In this document: piece by piece, positions 28,145-42,674 of the stretch | Numbering within the stretch: the stretch's first letter is position 1 | Layout: each line of letters opens with the position of its first letter | Source: Octopus vulgaris | Taxonomy: Eukaryota | Direction of reading: 5' to 3' | Assembly: GCA_951406725.2 (NCBI GenBank) | Contig: OX597815.1 | Location: 98,394,001-98,458,000, forward strand | Length of the DNA: 64,000 bases | Program-made: the position numbers and the translations under genes | The notes under the pieces: model-generated | Database searches by the model: none | What the model was told of the DNA's origin: nothing | What the model saw: only the letters and a program-made list of their open reading frames with translations

Positions 28145-28811
28145 GAAACTTCCATGCACAAAGTATAGAGGAAATCACAAAAGATACACAAAACAGACAT
28201 GCAGCCATAAACATGCATCAAACACATAAATAAGCGCAAGAAAAACAAGAAACACACACACAAAATGTTTACAGTAACATCAACAGCAAAAGAAGATTTG
28301 GCATGATGAGTACAGAGGAAAAAAAAAACTACGGCAAATAAGAAAACCAAAGCAGAAAACAACCGAAATAGCACCAGAAACAAGTACATCAGCAACATCA
28401 GGGGAAACAAAACCGATTGATGACATAAATACGAATGCGGCATTGTTGCAAATGTACATTCATTTGTGTGCTTAAACACACACACACAAACACACACACG
28501 AGCGCAGACAGAGCATATACTCGCATACACACATCAAGCCAAACTCACATGTACATGCAAGCATATGTGCATATACATATGCATACACACATATATGCAA
28601 TCACACACACACACAGATATATATATATATATATACAAGTCTTTATAAAACACACACAAAGGCAATATACGTGTACATATAGATATGTGTGTATGTGTGT
28701 GGTGTGAGTTCGTGTGTAAGTGTAAGTGTAAGTGTATGTGTGTATGTATGTATGTATATGCATATATATCTATAGATAGATAGCTAAATAGATATATGTA
28801 TATTTACACAC

Positions 28812-28842
<31 letters not shown>

Positions 28843-28927
28843 CGTATATATATATATATATATATATACATATATATTATATGTATGTATGTATGTATGC
28901 ATGTATGTATGTATGTATGTATGTGTG

Positions 28928-29031
<104 letters not shown>

Positions 29032-29420
29032 TCAGGCAAGGAGTGTGCTCATCTTAACCAAGTTGTTTTAAAGCGTATTTTGAGTGAAATTTCTCTCAAA
29101 TTGTAAATAATCACAGAAACAAAAAAATAAAAACTTTGAGAGAAAAAAGGAAAGAAGGAAACGAAAACTAATTGCTAAAAAAAAAAAACGAATGTAATAA
29201 ACAATATTAAACAACAGAAAAAAAAAGACGGGGATTGGGGAATTGGTGGTTGTGGAAATGACGTGTTTGCTGACGTGGGGTCAGGGGTATGCAAGTGCGA
29301 GTTGCGGTGGTGTTGGTGGAGACGGAGCAGACTAACGACGGAGAATCGTTTTGAAGGGAAATTAGAGACACATATGTTTACGCATATACAACTGTCTCTC
29401 TATCTCTCTCTCTCTCTCTA

Positions 29421-29516
<96 letters not shown>

Positions 29517-29729
29517 TATATTCACATATATATATTATATATATATATATGTATACATACATATATACATACACACACATATATATATATATATATATAG
29601 GGAGAAAGGGAGAGAGAGAGACAGAAAGACAGCCGACCAGATAGATAGATAAATAGATAGATAGGTAGATAGATAGATAGATAGAAAAATAGATAGATAG
29701 ATAGTTAGATAGACAGACAGACAGACAGG

Positions 29730-29880
29730 CTGCAATACCCTAAGTATGTATACGGTATTTCTTCCGGGTCTTTACCCTCCAATTTCACAATGAGCTGGGT
29801 TCGACTTTGCTTTTCATTCTTACGGGATCGATAGAATAAAGTACCAGTGGAGTACTGAGGTCGATATAGTTACGTTCATA
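29730..29880 (+). mobile_element. Degenerate second-family SINE
   Basis: tcgactttgcttttcattcttacgggatcgatagaataaagtaccagtggagtactgaggtcgat. Confidence 0.6.
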
Positions 29881-30114
29881 CCTATACACCTACTCTGCAT
29901 CCTCCACATTATGATGGGTATTTTTAATATTGCGAGTGTATGAAAACATATGTGTGTGTGTGTGTGTGCATGTGTGTGTATGTGTGCGTGTCTGTATGAA
30001 TGTGTATATGTATATATATATATATATATATATCACGTGGGTTATGTGTGGGTGTGTCCGTGTGTGTTTGTCTATGTAGTGTATAAACACACATACACAC
30101 ACGCGCACGTATAT

Positions 30115-30163
<49 letters not shown>

Positions 30164-30215
30164 CACGCTCTCAAACACACAAGGGTGATAGCTATATGAA
30201 AAGATAGACTGACAT

Positions 30216-30259
<44 letters not shown>

Positions 30260-30830
30260 CGATAAAAATAAAGTGCTTTCTTGTGCATGACACAAGGGGT
30301 AAGAAGAAAGGTGGGGAGGGCAGGTGACATACAAAAGAAGAACGGGAAACGGAGGTAGGGCAAGGAGAAACACCGTGTAATTGAGAAGAAAGAAGAAAGA
30401 GAGCAATTGAGAAGGGAAGAGTGAAAGATACTTAGAGAAAAAGACTCTCAGAAAGAGGAGAATGAGTTGTCAGTATCATTAATCAGGAACCAGGTAAAAT
30501 TTATTTATTTTTCGCAGGCGTTATTTACCATTTTACTCTACTCATCAATGTTCCGTGTTTCATGTTGTTGTACAAGGAAGAGATACTGGCGGGGGATGGT
30601 GACGTTCTTGTTATTGTTGTTGATGACGCAGGAGAAGGAGGAAGGTGTTCCTTGTTGTTAATCTTTTCAAGTTGATGTTTTAAAATGTGTATAGGTTTTC
30701 GTCAGACATTTTTTTTTAAGTAGAATTTTATTCATTTGGCGTGTGTATATGTGTGCGCACGTGTCCACACATGAACACAAAAATATATTTGTATTGTAGG
30801 TGTAGAGGTATGCATGCATATACGTGTGTA

Positions 30831-30906
<76 letters not shown>

Positions 30907-30957
30907 TATATGTATATATACATATATATGTATATTTAAATACATATGTACGAGTGG

Positions 30958-30988
<31 letters not shown>

Positions 30989-30994
30989 CATATA

Positions 30995-31071
<77 letters not shown>

Positions 31072-31142
31072 CTGTATGTGTGTTTGCATGTTGCGTGTAT
31101 ATTAGAGAAGGGCGTGTTTCTCTACATAATTATCTATTTATT

Positions 31143-31206
<64 letters not shown>

Positions 31207-31216
31207 CATTATTATT

Positions 31217-31262
<46 letters not shown>

Positions 31263-31555
31263 TCTTTTCCAGTTTGGAACACATTGATTTTGTCGACTAA
31301 ATGACATCTCGTTTAATTTTCACTTTATTTGGAAACGTGTTGAAATAGATGTTTAACAATGAACGTTTGTTTGTCTGTCTATCAACAACTCTTCGCATTT
31401 TTTTCTTTCACTGTTTTCTGAGTTACTGCAGTTTGTCTTCCACAACCCACTCCACAACACATCTGTTACTCAGTCTTGCTGTTGATTATCTTCCTCCATT
31501 TTCTGCTGTTGTTCTCTTCGTGCTCATGTTGCTTTTTATCCGCACATTCACACAC

Positions 31556-31658
<103 letters not shown>

Positions 31659-31730
31659 TGCATAAACACATATGAGTGTGTCTGGATATATACACATATA
31701 TGTATGTGTTTTGTGTGTATGCGAGAGAGA

Positions 31731-31814
<84 letters not shown>

Positions 31815-31819
31815 ACGAG

Positions 31820-31960
31820 AAGTTGAGGTTATAAGAGATAATGGTGTCATTGAGGCCCAAAGGTGTCAGGTAATGCTGAATAAGTGCTATAGACAGAGCA
31901 TAGTTAAGTTCCAGAATCGGTAATATTGCGAATAAAGAGTTCAACTTTGGTTCAACGTCA
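31820..31960 (-). mobile_element. Fragment of the CR1-type LINE 3' region
   Basis: Aligns to 39310-39430 (gtgtcaggtaatg.tgaataagtgct..agacaga.ca.agttaag.tcca). Confidence 0.6.
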
Positions 31961-31988
31961 GCGTGTGTGTATAAGTTTTTTTGGGCGG

Positions 31989-32099
31989 AATAAGATAAAA
32001 AAAACCAAGGCTGTATAGATATTAGTGCATTTATCTATAAATGCTCTAATATCTACAAATGTTCTAATATCTATACAGCCTTGGTTTTTTTATCTTATT
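31989..32099. repeat. Inverted repeat (37-bp arms) with internal hairpin
   Basis: aataagataaaaaaaaccaaggctgtatagatattag ... ctaatatctatacagccttggtttttttatcttatt. Confidence 0.9.
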
Positions 32100-32154
32100 A
32101 CGCAAAAAATTCTCACATATATATATATATACACTTTAATGCTGGAAAATTTCA

Positions 32155-32900
32155 AGCAGTGCACTCTCAACTTACAAAAGCACAGCAGCCTGCATATGTA
32201 GGATCCGAAATCGCTGCAGTCCCGGTGTGAAAGACAGTAAGAGACTTGTGGATCAGTGTGTACAATAAAGTATCATTTCATATGCACATTACTGGGATGG
32301 CAGCAAAGTGCAGACAGCAAGCAGGACGGGTGCAATGGTTCTTCATGAAAGGAGATCAAGATGCCATGTTGAACATGTGGAGGACCTTTGTTCTCAACCG
32401 CCTGGACTACTGCTCTCAGCTATAGTCACTACAAAGTCCACATTGTGCCAAGCTAACGGCGGAGCTTGATGCAGCCCGACCTTACTACACGAAAAACTTT
32501 ATGGCAGTGCAGCAGATGAGTTAAAGTGAGAAGCTGAAAAAACTACGACTTTATTCCTGGAGCGAAGGCGCGACAGATATGTAATAATCTACATATGGAA
32601 AATTCTTGAAAGATTAGTACCTCATTTCGGCATTAAGTATTATACAATGCCAGGCCTGATGTATTGTAGAAAAGGTACTGTGATAGCTTAGGTTTCAAAG
32701 ATCCATAGCTCTTTAATTACCAACCACAAAAGTTAAGAAACTTGCACAATGTGGACGTTGATGTCATCGAAAAAGAACTAGACATTCTGCTCACCACAAT
32801 GCGAGACGAACCTGCGAGGGCAGCGGAGTCAAACTCCCTCATATGCCAAATGGTCCAACAGCCGGGATACAGGTACATATAGGAGTGGTGATGTGAAGCC
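32155..32900 (+). mobile_element. Decayed CR1-type LINE 3' fragment
   Basis: FNAGKFQ, LDYCSQL, LERRRDRYVIIYIWKILE remnants; homologous to 39420-39910. Confidence 0.75.
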
Positions 32901-33095
32901 CACCACCCTTAGGAAATCAGCTGTAGGGAAATCATAAATAACGGTGCAAAACACGGTGGTGCGCCATCATGACCACAGATGTATGGCTGAAAAGAATAAC
33001 AGATAAAGATAAAAGATATACGATATGTGAATATATATTTACTTGTATATGTACATATAGGTAACTATATATTCTCACATATGTCCAAATATATA

Positions 33096-33948
33096 CAGGC
33101 TGCGATAGGTAAATTGCCGCCATATCTTATTTTTAGTTTCGCGCAAGCACATTGTTTGTTTCTGATTTCGTCCACTACACAGTATAGTAGGGTCAATTGA
33201 GCACTGTCTGTGAAGAAAACAATACCATGACACAAACACTCTTCCAGAAATTTACAAATAACATACTGTACTACTTCACATTCGCGCCGGAAGCTCCAAA
33301 CGAACATTTCAGTGCTTGGTTGTCAGTCTGACCGCAGTGTAATCTGAGGACATGTACTGAGAGGGATAAAAATCAAATATCTAGTCAACAACATGGTGTT
33401 TGGAGTGATCACTAGTTATGGCGATGTTAAGCCGCCATTCATCTTCCCACACGGCATCAGAATCAACAGGGAGGTCTACATGAGGTGGTGCTTCCCTGAA
33501 TCTAGAGGGTGACTGCTGGAAGACCCTATGCTGGTAACAGAACTCTGCACCATGCCACACAAGCATGAGAACCCAGTCATGACTGTCAGACAATTTCTGT
33601 GACCACACGACCCCTAACATCTGGCTATCTAATTCCCCAAACTGTGACCCCTTTGATTGTTATGTGTGGAGCGCATTTGAGCGAGAGACCAACAAAACAC
33701 TTTGTAGAACCAAGGATGAACTAACGGCAAAGACTATAGCAGCATTCATGAACTTAAACAAGGAGACTGTCTAGAAGAGTTGCAAGAGATTCCAAAGTCG
33801 TCTGGAGGCTGTGGTTGATGGCCAATGGCAATTTCATTGAATAAATTTGCTCTTCAATATTTCAAGATATTTTCATGTAATTTTGGTAAATACATCTGTT
33901 AAATGAAATATCAGTGTTATTTTCATTTTTGCGTAATGTAGACCGCAC

Positions 33949-33952
<4 letters not shown>
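33096..33952 (+). mobile_element. Internally deleted D,D37D (maT/Bmmar1-like) Tc1-mariner element
   Basis: VFGVITSYGDVKPPFIFPHGIRINREVY; W*Q(N)SAPCH-...-NSPNCDPFD with exactly 37 residues between catalytic positions; termini cagg(c)tgcg / cgcaccctg. Confidence 0.8.
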
Positions 33953-33988
<36 letters not shown>

Positions 33989-35193
33989 TGTGTGATAGAG
34001 AGAGAGAGAGAAAGAGAAAGATAAAGAGAGATAAATATAATTTAATGTACCCAGTATTAAAACAGTATCAATTCATAGTTTCATAGTTTCAAAGCAGTCA
34101 TTCAGTCTCAGTGCACATGGTTCGTCGTATTTGAAAACCAGGACACTGGTCCCGGAGAAAACACTAGAAAAAACCGAGAAGGACTTTGATTCAATATGCA
34201 GAACGAGAAGACAATGGCTGAGTTAATATTGCAAAAGAAAGGAATGAATGGAAAGCCAAGAGTTGCGTCCCTTTGTTTCGTAGGAATCATAATCCAGCTG
34301 ATGTAGAAAAATTCAACAGTGAGGAGGTCAAAGTTTGCGAGACAGCTGCTGAGTACGAAGAGGGTGGTGACCTCCAGTTCGACAAAGGAGATTTCTCCAT
34401 GTGACTGTTTTCGTTGGAAATTTTGGATCTGGAATTAAGTAGTATATATAAAAATACTGTACGACCTTTCAGCTATTCATAGTTTGCAGCTATTCGATCC
34501 ATTCATATATGGCGTAGATTTTCCCACGATTCTCCACTTGATTGTATATGGTGAGAAAGTGATATTCAGATCTAATTCAGGGGCTTTATTTTTGACGGTT
34601 GGTTTGCATAACGTCTTTTAAAATTGCACTCGCATAGCTCGTCGAAACTGTTCTCTCCGATTGCCTTATTGCGGAGCACTGAATTGTCTGCCGTTTCAAA
34701 ATGACTGAGTCTATGAAACACGCCTTATCGAATGGGTAAGCGTTAGAATCTCGACAGCTACAAACCTTGTGCAGTCTTTGTTCATAAGCTTCAATATGTG
34801 TATGTGTGTGTCTGTGTGTATGTATGTGTGTGTGGTGTATGTGTATGTATGTGTATGCATGTGTATAAGCATGTGTGGTGATTTGTTCGAGGCTTGGTTA
34901 GCGACAGAAAAGAAAAAAGGAAAAAGAGAGTTTTACGACCAAGGGTCCTAAATATCCTGAGTGGCCTCGCGAGCATAAGAGAAAATGAGAAGGAGACGTG
35001 GTACAAATAAAGAACGTGGAATATTTTCTAACCTACGAGGAAACAGTAAGCAGTGAGGAAACTAGAAACGTGGACATATCATTACAACTTCTTTTTTAAG
35101 GAGAACATACAGATTCAATAGACCCCCCAAATTACCTTCTTTTTCTTAATATATAAAATCTGTATATCACTTTAAACAACCTATACATACATG

Positions 35194-35272
<79 letters not shown>

Positions 35273-35279
<7 letters not shown>

Positions 35280-35483
35280 TTAGAGACAAAACCACTATTT
35301 TGCAAAACAAACAAGGAAAGACTTAATCAATACATAAAATTTTAATAAAAAGTTAAAAAAAGTAAAAAAAGTACTTTTTTTAACTTTTTTTAACTTTTTT
35401 TAACTTTTTATTAAAATTTTATGTATTGATTAAGTCTTTCCTTGTTTGTTTTGCAAAATAGTGGTTTTGTCTCTAATTAATAT
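35273..35483. repeat. ~210-bp near-perfect palindrome
   Basis: atattaattagagacaaaaccactattttgcaaaacaaacaaggaaagacttaatcaatac.. mirrored around gtac (35371-35374). Confidence 0.95.
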
Positions 35484-35620
35484 TATATAATATTTTACTA
35501 TAAAATTGGATTTAATCCTAAATCTGATTTTTTCCTGTAAATTTGGATTTATTCCCTAATATTTATTATTATATATATATATATTTATTTATTATTATAT
35601 ATATATATATATATATATAT

Positions 35621-35661
<41 letters not shown>

Positions 35662-35677
35662 TACATATACATATATA

Positions 35678-35743
<66 letters not shown>

Positions 35744-36264
35744 TACAACAAACATACAAAAATGTATATATATACCTCCATCTATCTATATATATACATA
35801 TAAATACGTGTGTGTGTGTATGTGTGTGTGCGTGTGTGTGTGAGCATACAATATACATAAACACAAAAATGTATATTCACTGTTTTAGAGTCGATGAAGC
35901 AAAGTGCCAGTAATAGGCCGGCATTATTTATATTTGTAGAATGGTCGATAATACCCCGCAGTATTTCTTCCAGACGTTCCATACGCGCCATTTTGCATGC
36001 TAGACTTAATTTGCAACCAGGTTTCACTCGACCATTACAGTTAACTGTAATAGGTAACTCTCTACTGCAAAGCGTGAGTTAGGTTTGCGGTTAAGAAATA
36101 ATTCTCTTTCACCAGACATGTAAATATTAAGGAGGCCTTGGTTGAGTATATAGAGACTGAATTACGCTGTTTATTCTCTCTCTGGTTTAACAGTAAAATG
36201 AGAAATATATGGACAGAGATGCAGGTAGTTTCTAGAAATGTATATGTTGTGGTTATATATTATA

Positions 36265-36680
36265 AGCACAAGCGTGTCTGTGTGGTAAGAAGTTTGGTGT
36301 CATCTTTAGTCCCACTGCGTGTCAATTGGGCAATGTGCCTTCTACTGTAACCTCGGGTGTACCAAAGCCTTTTGAGTGGATTTGGTAGACGGAAACTGAA
36401 ATGCGTATATATGTGTAACTGTGTGTGTGTGTGTGTTTATGTGTCTGTGTGTGTTAGTGTGTGTGTTTGTGTCTGTGTTTGTCGTCCGCTTCTACCAGAC
36501 AACCAGTGTCTGTGTGTTTACGTCCTCGTAACTTAGTGGCTCGGCAAAAGAAATTGAGAGAGTAAATACTGGGCCTAGAAAAAGAAGCACTGAGATAAAT
36601 TCATTCAACTAAAATTTCTTCAAGGTATTGCTCCAGCTCGGGGGCACTCAAATGACTGAAACAAATATAAGATGAAAGAA
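36265..36680 (+). mobile_element. Older SINE copy (main family)
   Basis: Same head/microsatellite/tail layout as the 22420 copy, more diverged. Confidence 0.8.
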
Positions 36681-36687
36681 TAAGATA

Positions 36688-37181
<494 letters not shown>

Positions 37182-37227
37182 TATATATATATATACACAT
37201 ATACATGTATATGTGAATACATATATA

Positions 37228-37744
37228 TTTATACATAATTGATATAGGATAAAATTTTTTTCGGGAAAAAGTTTTTATCAATGACCAGCATATCAAAAAA
37301 TGCCTTTAAAGGTAAAATTTATACATAATTTACAAGATAAGGGCAGAAGAAAAATTCTAATGCCAGATACGCCGAAGCAAAAAATTGTCGATAACCATTA
37401 AATTTATGCGTCTCGAAACAAACCGATAGAAATCTCTAAAAAATTCGTTATTACCGTATTGGTCCAATTTCGGGGTTAGTTCACAAGAAATGTTCCCCTC
37501 TTCACATACGCGAGATATAAATGAAATACTTATTCATACCCACGGAAGAAGCAAGCACCAAGTCCCGAGCAGACTTAAGTACCCCAAATATATCCAAATA
37601 GAAAAATCTTCGGCGCACCTCGAGACACGTGTGATTCGAACTAGAAACTTTCACAGAGTGATAGAATCCGGAAGTGAACACTAATCTATTTATAATTGAT
37701 ATAGGATAAAATTTTTTTCGGGAAAAATTTTTTATCAATGGCCA
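37228..37744 (-). mobile_element. pLTR/retrozyme-like unit bounded by ~50-bp direct repeats (period 457 bp) with degenerate HHR at 37455-37510
   Basis: ataattgatataggataaaattttttt(t)cgggaaaaa.tttttatcaatg at 37235 and 37692; minus strand cgtat-GTGAAGA-gggg..cccc-GAAA-ttggacca-atacg. Confidence 0.55.
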
Positions 37745-38170
37745 TATATATTACGTAGGTACATACGGGTGTACGTATGTATGTATGTATGTATGTATGT
37801 ATGTATGTATGATAGATTTAGCGACTCAGTTCTTAAACAATAACATGGAAAATTGATAACAACATCTTGCTAAAGAGAAGACGAAATGAAGGGATATATG
37901 GGCGTGAATAAGAAAAGGAAATGAAACCAGACAAAGAAAAAGAATTACTTGGATGGAACGTTGAAATGTATATCCAACGTGGTTCCTCATTTTTTCTCTT
38001 CTTCAAGACAAATTAAATTGTAATATATATCTTTTCTTATGTTTTCTCATCTTTCGACGGCAGACATCAGTGAGGATTTAATTGCTAACAGCAGGTTGTG
38101 TAAGAAAAATCACGATGTAAGCAGCGGTTATTGAGAGAATGAGGGAGTAAAAAAGTAAACAAAATATCGT

Positions 38171-38260
38171 GAAGAAGAAGAAGAAGAAGAAGAAGAAGAA
38201 GAAGAAGAAGAAGAAGAAGAAGAAGAAGAAGAAGAAGAAGAAGAAGAAGAAGAAGAAGAA
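38171..38260. repeat. (GAA)n microsatellite
   Basis: Direct reading. Confidence 0.95.
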
Positions 38261-38648
38261 CTGGGGAAGGACGCGTTGAAATGAAAGTCAATAAATGTAT
38301 AATGGAAGATGTAATGTAACTTTTTGATATTTTTTTTGGGGGGGTTTCAAATTTCATGGCAAGATTTAAAATGGACATCGAAATACGAAAATAATTCGCG
38401 GAATAAAGAATGAATTTATAGAAAAAGACAAAATAAAAGATATAAGAAACAAGGAAGCAAACGATAAATCGGCATAAATAAATATGCAAAGAATTAAGAA
38501 AAGCGGGAGGGAAAGAGGCAGAAAGATAGTCAGGCAGACAAATTGACACAGAGACGGAGAGAGGTACAAACAGCTAGAGAAAGAGACAGAAAGACGGACA
38601 GAGAGAAAGAAGCGGACAGACGGACAGAGAGAAAGAGGCGGACAGACG

Positions 38649-38751
<103 letters not shown>

Positions 38752-39205
38752 AGAACAAAAAAGGCGTCAGAATGAGAGGGAAGCTGGTATAATAAATATT
38801 GAAACTGTGAATATAAAATTACGTATAGTCAAAGAAAAAACAAGAAAAAAGAGAAAATGATGGAACTGGATAAAGTATGACAAAGTTAGTAATTAAAATG
38901 TATATTTAAATAAGTGAGGACAATTACGAAATGGAAGAATGAATAAAAGTAGGAGTAAGTGGAGGGCGGGGAAATATCTAAATTAAATAATGTAACAGTT
39001 ATAACGATTTGAAAATGAAATGAAAGCATTTGGAGAGCAATAATATCGGAAAGGGAAAGGGACTTCGATTCGGACAGTATTAAGGCAAGGGGCTAAATTT
39101 AGGTCAAGTAACTCACCATAATACCATCTTCCTTATTCTCTTCTCGATTGAATCAGCTATCTATCTCTCACACTCTCTCTTTCTCTCTTCCTCCCATCTA
39201 TCTCC

Positions 39206-39262
<57 letters not shown>

Positions 39263-39297
39263 ATATATATATATATAAGATATATATATATATAAAA

Positions 39298-40990
39298 GAT
39301 AATGGTTTCGTTGAGACCCAAATGTGTCAGGTAATGTTGAATAAGTGCTGCAGACAGACCACAGTTAAGGTCCACATTCGGTAATATTCTGGCATTTATG
39401 CAGCTTCCAATACCAAAATTTGGTTCAATACCTGCCAGGATCTTCCATATGTATATTACTGCATATCTCTCCCGCTGTCACTCCAGGGAGTAGATACTTA
39501 GCTGTTTCAGCCTTTCTCAGTAGCTGAGCTGGTGCAATGAGACGATCCTCTTTGTGCAGCTTCGCTAGATTGCTTCAAGGTGCACTGTTAATTTAATACT
39601 GTTGCGTGACCATAGTTGGGAGCAGTAGTCCAGACAGCTGAGGACGAATTTCTTCCAAAGGAGCATCATAATTTCCTTCTCTCTGGTTCTGAAGGTTCTC
39701 AGGATCCAGCCAGCAAACTGTCTGCTATTTGTCGCCATCTTGGTAACATGCACTTGGAAAGAGGTATCATCCCTCATGTCGCTACCATAGTCATGCACTG
39801 ATTTAAGTTCTGGGATTGTAATAACCACTGGGCCAGTGTTCCCTGTAAGCTTTTCGTTCAATTTTAGGCGCTGGTAGCGTAGGGATTGGAATTTTCCAGC
39901 ATTAAACTGCATATTATTGTCTTCAGCAAATCTGTAAATTGCGTCCAACTCCTGCTTCAGGCGTACAACATCGCTTTTGTACTGTCTGTGTAGCTAGCAA
40001 GAGTGGCTATGAAAAGCAGTGATCCCAAGACAGTGTCCCGTGGAACACTACTCACTCTATGTATTTCCTTTGATGTGCCTCCATTGGCCACCACTGCCTG
40101 GCGTCAATCTTTCAGAAAGTCATGTAACCATTCTCCATGTTTTCCAGCTATGCCAAGATCACGCTGTTTGTGGCATATTATACAATGATTAACTTTGTCA
40201 AAAGCTTTTGTAAAGTCAAGGTATATTACAAGGTCCACATTTGAGTTGTCGAGTAACTGCTTCAATATCCAGTCATAGTGTTGTCGCAGCTGTGACAGGC
40301 AGCTCATAGCTTTTCGAAAACTATGCTGGGTATCATTCAGGAATGCGATTAGTTTCCCTCTGACTATTCGTTCTATTACACTGTTGATGTATGAAGCCAA
40401 AGAGTTAGGCCTGTAATTTTTTGGCATCTTCTCTGCCTCCTCCTTTATGGATTGGGCAGCTTGCCATTTGGAAGACAACTCTGGAAAAGAATTTGTAGTG
40501 GTTTTGCCAGGGCACGTTTGCACGATTTGAGGGTCAGCAGCTGAGTTTCCGGTCACCTCCTCTATGGCTAGTATATCTTCTTCTCCAATATCGATGTAAT
40601 CTATCGTAACTGCCTCCCTGGTTATAAGTGAGGCAGCAAAGAAATCTACTGCTTCGTTCACTTGTCTGTGTTCCAACGGGATAGTAAAAACACTTTTGAA
40701 CAGGTCATTCAGTACTTCACTACACCTGGTTGGGTTATATGTGAGGGAGCCGTCCTTCTGGGAAAGGGATCCTATTTTGCAGCATTTGATTTTATGGTTT
40801 TGATAGCCCAGGTTTCTTTTTCTGACCTCTCCTTCACAGGATTGTTGCAGACTTTTTTCAGTCTCCAACGCTGTTGTTTTTAAGCGGGACCATTCACTAC
40901 ATTTGGGATGTTGCTTGAAGCGATTTGCAATCTTCGTCCATCATCGCATGAGAATCTTTCTCTCCTTTGAAATCTCGTTCCTTTTTTGTG
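39298..40990 (-). mobile_element. Decayed CR1-type LINE with reverse-transcriptase remnant
   Basis: PKNYRPNSL, TQHSFRKAMSCLSQL, IYLDFTKAFDKVNH (40104-40868); VPRDTVLGSLLF; NNMQFNAGKFQSL, WILRTFRTRE, LDYCSQLWS (39565-39948). Confidence 0.9.
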
Positions 40991-41074
40991 CTTTGGGACA
41001 TATTTGTATCATATAGCTCGCATAACAGACATGTAATACATGTATATATGTGTGTGTGTGTATATATATATATA

Positions 41075-41131
<57 letters not shown>

Positions 41132-41475
41132 GCACATTTATACATATATATATGTGTGTGTGTGTATGTAGATTGATAGATAGATAAATTTTATGCACAC
41201 ACACATACACACACACACACAGAATATATGAGAGAAACACAGCAGACAGCTGGTGCGGCAGATAGAGATGCTGAGTGCTCAAAGAAGTGCAGATAGAGAG
41301 ACTGAGAGCTCAAATAGGTGCAGAGCGGAGTACATAGAAGAATAAGGCACGATTAGAAACGATGAAAGACACGGAATTTATTAAATATAAATACGGATAC
41401 GTTCAATAATGGAGCGGAGGAAGTAGAAAATACAAGTTAAAAAAATAAACAGCAAAACAAAAGCCTCTTGTAAAA

Positions 41476-41517
41476 ACGACGAATACGACGACGACGACGA
41501 CGATGATGATGATGATG

Positions 41518-41566
<49 letters not shown>

Positions 41567-41646
41567 TAATAATAATAATAATGATAATAATAATAATAAT
41601 AATGATAATAACGATGATGATGATGATGATGATTATGATGATGATG

Positions 41647-41704
<58 letters not shown>

Positions 41705-41748
41705 CAATAATAATAATAATAATAATAATAGTAATAATAATGATAATA

Positions 41749-41827
<79 letters not shown>

Positions 41828-41871
41828 CAATAATAATAATAATAATAATAATAGTAATAATAATGATAATA

Positions 41872-41923
<52 letters not shown>

Positions 41924-41960
41924 TAATAATAATAATAATAGCAACAACAACAACAGCAAT
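41476..41960. repeat. (GAC)n-(GAT)n-(TAA)n compound repeat with a ~123-bp higher-order duplication
   Basis: Interrupted pattern atgacaat..agtaataataatgataataatagt recurs at 41701 and 41824. Confidence 0.9.
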
Positions 41961-42446
41961 ATTAATAATGAATGATAATGAAATCTTAATAACAACATGG
42001 AAGCGAAAAAAATCCTTCTTTCATACTACATTCTGGTGTTAATAAGAGTCCGATGGGAAAATAATGAGTTATTAAACTTCCCGCCTTCTTAGTCAGGAGA
42101 GTATCAATTTTCTATAAAATGGTTCTAAATGACAAATGAACGCAAATCATTGTAAAATAAACACGAACTGACATGCATACATATATGTGCGCATAAATAC
42201 ATACATACTGACAGACATACAGACATACATACCTACTCAAATGCATGTACTCAGAAGACACACTTCCTTACACATTCATAGACTAGATTAAACAAACTCA
42301 GATATTGCTACATATATTCACACACATGTATTTGTGTGCATGTATATATGTATGTGTGTGTATACTAATGTGTATATACATGTATATATATTATATATAT
42401 ATACATATATATATGCATATATATATATGTATACATATATACACAC

Positions 42447-42489
<43 letters not shown>

Positions 42490-42625
42490 TATATATACAT
42501 ACACATACATACACACAAACACATACACAGAGAGAAACTGACAGACAGACTCAAACACACACACATACACACGCACATCTATGTAATTATAATATATATA
42601 TATATGTATATATATACATACATAC

Positions 42626-42674
<49 letters not shown>

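Noticed and set aside
38046-38074. Minus-strand ctca-CTGATGT..GAAA-ga-tgag hammerhead-like string
   Set aside because: A9 is substituted, helix II does not pair and there is no helix III/NUH; compatible with chance.
41343-41351. TAAGGCACG matching the 5' end of miR-124
   Set aside because: The rest of the mature sequence and a precursor hairpin are absent.
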